From contig CAZTCH010000006.1 of the NCBI GenBank assembly GCA_964612745.1, forward strand, positions 5,477 through 69,476: a stretch of DNA of 64,000 nt. Reading direction: 5' to 3'. This document shows positions 57,742-64,000 of this stretch, piece after piece. Under the pieces are notes generated by a model. It was not told where the DNA came from. It worked only from the letters and a program-made list of their open reading frames with translations, and made no database searches. The stretch comes from an uncultured Candidatus Saccharibacteria bacterium (GTDB lineage: Bacteria; Patescibacteriota; Doudnabacteria; UBA920). How positions within the stretch are numbered: the stretch's first letter is position 1; the number at the start of each line of letters is the position of its first letter. Made by a program: the position numbers and the translations under genes.

Positions 57742-58188
57742 ATGTATACAATTAAACGAAAAAACGACAATAGGAATTTTATTGTTAGCGCACGTTTACA
57801 CACAGGTGAAGCTGTAGATGCATTTAGTTATGATGACATGGTGGGACTTGTCAGGGGTGTTTTCAGTGGTACCGATTTGAGCCCTACAACGGTCGCATAT
57901 GCTTTGTCTCTATCAGACTTCGAGCTTTTTAGAGATGGCACTAAAGTGGAGTGTGGTGCTCTTAGCGCAGACTCCGGTGTGCTTGATAGCTGGGCGCCAA
58001 ACAATTTTGTTAGCCTTGTTAATTTTTCGCCAGCTCTTAAGGCTGTTCTTACTCATCAAAAGTTTCGAACTCTTATCGACTTCAGAGGTGTTAGTCGAAT
58101 AGAGTTGATGCAGAATTATGGACTAAATCAAGATCAGTGTGATGAACTTGAAATTCGATTGGCTTTATATCGAATGCAGCTAAAGTAG
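57742..58188 (+). CDS. Hypothetical protein with RNA polymerase alpha-CTD-like C-terminus
   Basis: FSPALKAVL...FRTLIDF...SRIELM...GL.....DEL...L...MQLK pattern. Confidence 0.5.
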   Translation: MYTIKRKNDNRNFIVSARLHTGEAVDAFSYDDMVGLVRGVFSGTDLSPTTVAYALSLSDFELFRDGTKVECGALSADSGVLDSWAPNNFVSLVNFSPALKAVLTHQKFRTLIDFRGVSRIELMQNYGLNQDQCDELEIRLALYRMQLK

Positions 58189-58397
58189 GGCTGAAAAAAA
58201 GCGCAAAGGAGGAAAACATATCGATTAGCGCAAGCACAGAAGGCAGCCAGCAAGGGAAACTGGCTGCCTTTTTCATTTGCCTATTTTTGTAGTTTTGGGT
58301 ATGCTGTGACTAACTTTAACGGGGGAATACATATGCGCACTGGCGCCTTTTTGTTTCTCTATAGAATTTAGAAGCATCAAAAAAGTGGAGGTTTTCG

Positions 58398-58892
58398 ATG
58401 CAATTATTGTTTGCTCTTTTAACCCTTTTGGGTTACTGTCTCGTGGCTTTTTTCCTGTTTGTGCTTACTCTAATTCAGTCATTGTTTTGGCAGATTAAAG
58501 TTGCTGCAGCATGCTTTCTTTCAATTGTTGGCGTGATGACGCTTGTGCGCGAGAACATTCTTCTGGATGTTCTTTGCCCCTTGCGTCCCAAAACGGTTGA
58601 AGATGTTGCTTGTGAGTACGCACGAAAATCAAATAACTTCGAGTGGCGAGTGTCGCATCTTTTGGTGTGGCGCAAGCTTGAGCAACTAAGAGCTCGCGGT
58701 TTGGTAGAGTCCGAGTATAGCCTTGTTCTTATCCGAGTTGGCAATTCATTTGTTTGTTTTGCTGCTCAAACATATAGACTCAAAGCTGCACCATCACATA
58801 AAGGCGCTCCAGAGAGCGCTACCGACTCAGTGAGTTTACTTTCCCAGCCCCAGACAGCGATGTCTCGGGGCTTTTTCTATGCACGTTTATAG
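58398..58892 (+). CDS. Hypothetical protein (N-terminal TM, possible wHTH)
   Basis: GGAGG SD; LEQLRARGLVES. Confidence 0.45.
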   Translation: MQLLFALLTLLGYCLVAFFLFVLTLIQSLFWQIKVAAACFLSIVGVMTLVRENILLDVLCPLRPKTVEDVACEYARKSNNFEWRVSHLLVWRKLEQLRARGLVESEYSLVLIRVGNSFVCFAAQTYRLKAAPSHKGAPESATDSVSLLSQPQTAMSRGFFYARL

Positions 58893-59504
58893 CGCCTCAA
58901 AAAAGTCTTGTGCAAAAGTAATAGACGGAAGACCTTCGGGGAACGCCTCTTTAGCCCCTAGTATGAGCGATACAAGTTCTGAGCTTGTAAAGCCAGAAAA
59001 ATCCAGCTCTGCTGCAAGTTTTGTTAGCTCTGTGCGTGTTCGCTCTTCTGTTTCGCTTGCTGCTAAAAAATCTGTGGCGATATCTGTGCGTTGCTCCGGA
59101 CGGTACTTTGCAATGGGCGTCTCCAGGTCTTCTAATCGTATTCGGTTGTCTGCTTTTGGTGTCAGCTCAAGGCGAATGGTTTTGATGATGTGAAAGAGTT
59201 GTTCGTTTAGTTTTTGTATATCTGCTTGTATTTCAGGACGGTCAAATTTTGTTTTAGAAATAATGGGCGCGGTTCTCATCCGCTTTAAATACCTTGTGTC
59301 TGCTGGCAAGGTAGCGTTGCCGGTAAGGTTTTGTCGAATTTTTTCAAAACTAGTTATTAATTCATCTGCATGTTTATAGCCGCAGTAGTTTTTGAGCAGT
59401 TCTTGTAGTTGGTAGGCGAGCGGCTCTTCTTCTCTGTGTTCGGGACTTTGCGCCAGTGCTTTTTGGATTTCTTGTGGTAGGTGCTCGCTTGTGGTTTCTG
59501 ACAT
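58887..59504 (-). CDS. Hypothetical protein
   Basis: 205-aa ORF. Confidence 0.6.
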   Translation of the reverse strand: MSETTSEHLPQEIQKALAQSPEHREEEPLAYQLQELLKNYCGYKHADELITSFEKIRQNLTGNATLPADTRYLKRMRTAPIISKTKFDRPEIQADIQKLNEQLFHIIKTIRLELTPKADNRIRLEDLETPIAKYRPEQRTDIATDFLAASETEERTRTELTKLAAELDFSGFTSSELVSLILGAKEAFPEGLPSITFAQDFFEAL

Positions 59505-59698
59505 TGCTTTTGGTGCTTATTGTATATTTTAGTGTACCACACCCTTTTTCCTAATTTGGCGTGGGTGCGGTGATATGTATACATCTCTTAACTATGCCCA
59601 AATGGCTAATTCGTGCGAATAAGCCTATAGAGAGTGGGGGGGTGAAATAAAACGGGGAAAAGAGTGTACTATATAGTAAGGACAGGTAAGAGGAACTT

Positions 59699-60265
59699 AT
59701 GGAAGCACTTTCAGACGAAGAAATAGCACTGCGGGTACAGCACAACGACGTGGAGGCGTTTGGGCAGCTTTTGCTTCGCTATGAAACAAAAATGTTGCGC
59801 TATGCTAGCAAGTTCTTGATTAACGGAGAAGACGCGGCGGATATAGTCCAGACTGTGTTTTTGAAGGCATATACGAACATTCAGAGCTTTGATGCAGGGC
59901 GTAAGTTTTCTTCGTGGTTGTACCGAATTGCCCACAATGAATTTGTGAATGTCGTAGCGAAACGAAGTCGGCAGCCTTTTAGCTTCCTGAGTTTAGACGA
60001 AGTGTTACCGCATCCATTTGCCAGCGAAAAGACAGATGCAGAAGTAGATAGGCGAGAGCTTACAGAAAGCATGGAAGCAGTCTTGTCCAAGCTCGATGCA
60101 AAGTATCGTGAAGTGCTCATTTTATACTATTACCAAGAACTGAGTTACACAGAAATTGCAGATATTTTACACATTCCTGTATCTACCGTTGGGGTTCGGT
60201 TGACCCGAGCCAAGAAAGCGATTACCAAATTATATTTAGCAGAATCACATGCCCGAACAAGTTAA
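59699..60265 (+). CDS. ECF sigma-70 factor
   Basis: DAADIVQ.VFLKAY, FSSWLYRIAHN, LSY.EIA.IL.IP.STV..RL.RA. Confidence 0.93.
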   Translation: MEALSDEEIALRVQHNDVEAFGQLLLRYETKMLRYASKFLINGEDAADIVQTVFLKAYTNIQSFDAGRKFSSWLYRIAHNEFVNVVAKRSRQPFSFLSLDEVLPHPFASEKTDAEVDRRELTESMEAVLSKLDAKYREVLILYYYQELSYTEIADILHIPVSTVGVRLTRAKKAITKLYLAESHARTS

Positions 60266-60986
60266 CAACACAATTACCAATTCTGTGATGGAGCAAATTA
60301 CAGAAAAAAAGATTCCGCAAACCACGCGGGGGTATTTTCTGTTGCGCAAGGTTGTTGCTATTGTCGGGCTTTCCGTAAGTTTGCTGGTGCTGGTTTTTTG
60401 TATCAGCTTGGTAGTGTTTCGCTTAAAAGTTTCGGGGGCATGGTTTTTGTTTATTGATGGTAGAGAAAGGTTTTTGATTGGTCTGGGCATGGTGCCGTGG
60501 TTGCTTGTGGTGAGTATTGTTTTAGTAGCATTGTGTGCAGAACTAATCTTGCGCCGGTTTGGGTTTGGGTATCGTCGTCCAGTGTTGTACACTGGCGCAG
60601 CACTGCTTGTTGTTGTAATGGGAGTTGGATATGTGGTGACACAAACTCCATTACACAGGTCAATGTATAACAAGGTGAATGGACCGGTACCTGCTCCATG
60701 GTTTGGGACACTCTACCCTAAAGCGCACATGATTGCGCCAAAGTATGTATTTTTAGGCTTGGTGCACGACTTAGATGCGGATGGTTTCTTTTTGAGAACT
60801 CGAGGAGCAGCTGATGTGCGGGTGGTTGTTACTGCAGACACACAGTTGCCAGTGGAGCGGCCTGTAGGAGAAGAAGATTTTGTGCTCGTTGTTGGGAGCC
60901 AGGAAAACACGGTTGTGGTAGCCCGTGGTATTCGTTTTGTACCAGACGAGTTACGTGGAGCAGGTAGGCTATTGCAGCGTCGGTAA
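60249..60986 (+). CDS. Membrane protein, putative anti-sigma partner with DUF5666-like C-terminus
   Basis: Overlaps the sigma gene; 3 TM segments; FGFGYRRP. Confidence 0.7.
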   Translation: MPEQVNNTITNSVMEQITEKKIPQTTRGYFLLRKVVAIVGLSVSLLVLVFCISLVVFRLKVSGAWFLFIDGRERFLIGLGMVPWLLVVSIVLVALCAELILRRFGFGYRRPVLYTGAALLVVVMGVGYVVTQTPLHRSMYNKVNGPVPAPWFGTLYPKAHMIAPKYVFLGLVHDLDADGFFLRTRGAADVRVVVTADTQLPVERPVGEEDFVLVVGSQENTVVVARGIRFVPDELRGAGRLLQRR

Positions 60987-61045
60987 TTGTGTGAAATAAA
61001 AGAAATGGACCGAGTAGCGGAAAAGCTACTCGGTCCATTTGAAGT

Positions 61046-61642
61046 TTAGGCTTGGCGTTTGCCCATTGGTGTGAATGTTCGCACAAAGTGCTTATGTCGG
61101 TTTCGCGTGGAAAGTGAATACCCCCACGTCGCGATTTTGAAAATTGGCCTGCAAATGCACCAGCGCCAGATGGTGGCAGTGCATTGATACAAGAATTTTT
61201 CTTGCCAACTTACAGCGGGTACATTTTGTACTGCAGTGGAGGTTACTCGAATACACTGAGCGAGTTCGGGGAATTCATACTGCAGTACACGCTTGTACAG
61301 CCAGAGCTGGTGCGCTTCTACTTCTGGGTTGTAGCACACGAGTACGAGCTGGTGTTCACCATGTTTGTTGGCGAACCATGCAAACGTTGCGCGCGCGTCG
61401 GTCAGTGCATCATGAGAAGGCGTTTTGAGTTTTTCTACTACTAACCCACTAGATATAGCAAAAGCGTACATGGCGTCGCCTAAGGTTGTGTCACCATTGC
61501 GCGCTTGTTCGTTATGAACGAGTACTACGTCGGCTGAGGTAACGAGATTGTGTGTTGCCTGAACACAGGCTTTACTGAAAGCGCTGAGTTCTGGGGTGAT
61601 TGCTGAGGCAAACCCTTCGGCAATGATTATGTGTATTTGCAT
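61046..61642 (-). CDS. Hypothetical protein
   Basis: 198-aa ORF. Confidence 0.5.
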   Translation of the reverse strand: MQIHIIIAEGFASAITPELSAFSKACVQATHNLVTSADVVLVHNEQARNGDTTLGDAMYAFAISSGLVVEKLKTPSHDALTDARATFAWFANKHGEHQLVLVCYNPEVEAHQLWLYKRVLQYEFPELAQCIRVTSTAVQNVPAVSWQEKFLYQCTATIWRWCICRPIFKIATWGYSLSTRNRHKHFVRTFTPMGKRQA

Positions 61643-61887
61643 ACTAGCTATATGAGTGGTGACGTCTATGTCTCGTTACCACACAATACATTCTTTGCTT
61701 TTCACAGTCAATTATACGCTATGCTTAAAAACACCGTTTCTTTTGTCCTTAGATTAAGCGAGAAAATACATGTATCACTGTGAAATAATGCGTAGATACC
61801 TGTTGTAGTAGTTAGTGCTAGCAACAAGACCGCTGGGGCTGAATAGTCTGAGCGGCACATACGTAATTAATAGAACAAGAAATATCT

Positions 61888-62400
61888 ATGAAATTAAACA
61901 AAAAATTAGCTTACGGTGGTGCAACTGCGGCTCTCGCAGTTGCGCTCCTTGCGGGTGGTGGAGCGGTGGCTGTACAGGCTGCAGCCAATACAACAGCTAC
62001 TGGTCCTTCTACACTCATTACGAAACTCGCTCAAAAGTTTGGCCTGAAAGAGGCAGATGTGAAAGCGGTGTTCGATGAAGAGCATGCTGTGCATATGCAA
62101 GAGATGCAATCGAAAGCGCAAGCTCGGCTCAGCCAACTGGTAACAGATGGTAAAATTACCGAAGCACAAAAGCAACTCATCGTAACTAAAATGTCCGAAC
62201 TTGCGGCGGCTCGAGCCCAAGAGATGGGCACACTCAAAGATAAAACTATGGCAGAGCGCAAAGCACTCATGGATCAAAAACGGACCGAGCTTGAAGCATG
62301 GGCGAAAGCAAATGGGATAGATGTGCAATACCTTATGCCATTTGGCGAAGGTCGTGGACATGGTGGGCTCGGCATGGGAATGATGCGTGGCGGTAAGTAG
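61888..62400 (+). CDS. Secreted helical hypothetical protein
   Basis: Signal peptide; LAQKFGL...V..VF, LV.DGKITEAQK, LEAWAKANGID, Gly/Met tail. Confidence 0.8.
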   Translation: MKLNKKLAYGGATAALAVALLAGGGAVAVQAAANTTATGPSTLITKLAQKFGLKEADVKAVFDEEHAVHMQEMQSKAQARLSQLVTDGKITEAQKQLIVTKMSELAAARAQEMGTLKDKTMAERKALMDQKRTELEAWAKANGIDVQYLMPFGEGRGHGGLGMGMMRGGK

Positions 62401-62516
62401 TGCTTTTACAGCACCAGTATTCACACTGAGTATATACAAAACACTTTTGCGTTATGAGAGCAGAAGTGTTTTTGTTTGTGTGGTACACTGAAAGTACAAG
62501 AGTAATACATATACGC

Positions 62517-62870
62517 ATGCGTTTTGCTTTTTTTGCTACGTGTTTGCTGGTGGGAGTATTTTTTGCCACCTCTAATTCCGTGATGAGTCTTGGCGCGCGT
62601 CTTGCAGAACAAGTGTTCCGCCCTGCGTATTTTTGTATAGAAAAGAACTGGGGCGAGCCGAATTGTATTTCTCGGGAAAGTGCGTTTCATTTGGGGCAGG
62701 GGAATGTATACGAACGCATATATGGCGTCGCTGGGCACAAGTTGCCTGTATTGGTCTATGCTGGTTTACAAATCTTTGGTGTCGCCTTGGTGGTATATGG
62801 GAGCCTTGGCATGGTAAATATTTTTCTTGAGTGGCGTCGGGGTAGGAAAAATCTTTATTGGTACTTATAA
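62517..62870 (+). CDS. Hypothetical membrane protein
   Basis: Hydrophobic N- and C-terminal segments. Confidence 0.45.
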   Translation: MRFAFFATCLLVGVFFATSNSVMSLGARLAEQVFRPAYFCIEKNWGEPNCISRESAFHLGQGNVYERIYGVAGHKLPVLVYAGLQIFGVALVVYGSLGMVNIFLEWRRGRKNLYWYL

Positions 62871-62880
62871 CAGTGTGATT

Positions 62881-63843
62881 ATGAAATCTTGGCGTTTGCA
62901 ACTCGGTCTATTTTTGCTTGTCTGTGCCATTTTTGTTGTGGCAATTCCGCTGTACTATTACCGCGCTCGTGGCGCAGCTACAGCGCTCCAGGAGCAGGGT
63001 GTAGATGACGGCGCGATACGACGTGCTGTTCCAGCTGTACAGCTCACTACAACTGGTTTGGACGCATCGCTCGTGAGACAGGTGCGTAGCCCAAAATTTG
63101 TGAGTGTTGGGCAGGGGAGCAGTGGTCTTGACCACGCTGGTAGTGGGATTGTAGTGCGGCAGGGTACGTTGGTAAGGTTTTATCCATACCAAATAATGCG
63201 CTTACACGAAGTAGTGGAAGACACTGTGGGTGCTACTGCCTTAGCGGTTACCTTTTGTGAGTTGTGCAACGTGGGGGCGGTATACGAAAGGACGATAGAA
63301 GGACAACAACTCCATTTCCGTGTTTCAAACAAGCTAGATGGCTACGATTTGCTGTTGGAAGATGAGCAAACAGGTACAGTGTGGTCGCAAGTGACTGGTC
63401 AAGCGTTGCAGGGGCGTTTGGCGGGGGCGCAACTTCGTGCGAAAGAACATGAAGTAATTTCTCTGGCAGACTTTGCCACGCGGTATCCATACGGTCAGGT
63501 AATGCAACCGCCGGTAGGTTTGAACTACGAAGTGCTTTCGTATGGGGACGCAGCGGCATTGCCCAATGCAGAACAATATATAGCAACGAATAGATTAGTA
63601 CACCCCAAAACAACAGTGTTGGGTGTGGTACTGGCTGGCGTGCCCTATGCAGTTGTTTTAGAAAATGAGGTCAAAAAGCCATTTGTCGTACGGCTAGGTG
63701 GTGTCCGTGCTACGGTATTTACGGGAGCCGATGGCACGATAGGGGTGCGAAATCAGTCCGGTGTAGATTTGCCATTCACACAAACGTATTGGTTTTTATG
63801 GGAGCTGCATTTTCCCCAGACGGAAATTGCGATTGGCGTATAA
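62881..63843 (+). CDS. DUF3179 family protein
   Basis: RFYPYQIM.LHEVV.D, VTFCELC, D.QTGTVWSQVTG.ALQG.LAG, YWFLW...FPQT. Confidence 0.85.
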   Translation: MKSWRLQLGLFLLVCAIFVVAIPLYYYRARGAATALQEQGVDDGAIRRAVPAVQLTTTGLDASLVRQVRSPKFVSVGQGSSGLDHAGSGIVVRQGTLVRFYPYQIMRLHEVVEDTVGATALAVTFCELCNVGAVYERTIEGQQLHFRVSNKLDGYDLLLEDEQTGTVWSQVTGQALQGRLAGAQLRAKEHEVISLADFATRYPYGQVMQPPVGLNYEVLSYGDAAALPNAEQYIATNRLVHPKTTVLGVVLAGVPYAVVLENEVKKPFVVRLGGVRATVFTGADGTIGVRNQSGVDLPFTQTYWFLWELHFPQTEIAIGV

Positions 63844-63875
63844 AAAACTCCTGAGTGAATCAGGAGTGAAAAATC

Positions 63876-64000
63876 TTATTTCTTTTTTGCTACTTTTTTT
63901 ACAGTAGCTTTTTTTGTAACGGTCTTCTTTGGAGTAACTTTCTTTACCACTTTTTTTACCATTGGGGCAACTTTTTTGGTGGCCTTTTCTACTTCTCCAG
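63876..64000 (-). CDS. 3' end of a gene with a Lys-rich histone-like tail (partial)
   Basis: ...EKATKKVAPMVKKVVKKVTPKKTVTKKATVKKVAKKK*. Confidence 0.65.
   Translation of the reverse strand, partial: GEVEKATKKVAPMVKKVVKKVTPKKTVTKKATVKKVAKKK

Larger units (their letters stand above)
56006..59625. repeat. Palindrome family GGCTAATTCG(CA/TG)CGAATAAGCC at 56006, 56624 and 59604
   Basis: Three near-identical intergenic 22-mers. Confidence 0.8.

Noticed and set aside
61815-61860. Hairpin upstream of the secreted protein as a riboswitch
   Set aside because: Single imperfect stem; no match to a riboswitch consensus I can support
1-64000. Retron or diversity-generating retroelement
   Set aside because: No reverse transcriptase motifs and no adenine-variable TR/VR pair seen

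Overview
Bacterial chromosomal window, most consistent with a Patescibacteria/CPR genome. This is inferred from gene content, frequent -10 boxes directly before ATGs, the long tmRNA tag and the minor-pilin cluster. Housekeeping loci: bcp, SulP, beta-CASP nuclease, msrB, mscL, rsgA, DEAD-box helicase, infC-rpmI-rplT, tRNA-Asn and tmRNA. The most striking feature is a ~7.5 kb island integrated at the 3' end of tRNA-Asn (7-bp core GAGCCAA at 15222 and 22751). It carries a decayed serine-recombinase/ImmA/XRE module and an intact 8-gene nucleotide-chemistry cluster: thymidylate-synthase-like, QueC-like, divergent HAM1 NTPase, NDK, dNMP kinase, GT-B glycosyltransferase, HD hydrolase and inositol-monophosphatase-like. 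This cluster is a candidate undescribed base-modification or modified-nucleotide system. The recombinase C-terminus is split by the att site and would be restored on excision. Downstream lies an accessory tract punctuated by REP-like palindromes (SNF2 helicase with Cys repeats, PI3/4-kinase-like protein). A shared structured element follows both the tRNA locus and the tmRNA. Also present: an IS200 pseudogene, an IS30 inserted into a palindrome, and a small tmRNA-anchored insert. All product calls come from motif reading only; no database search was run.
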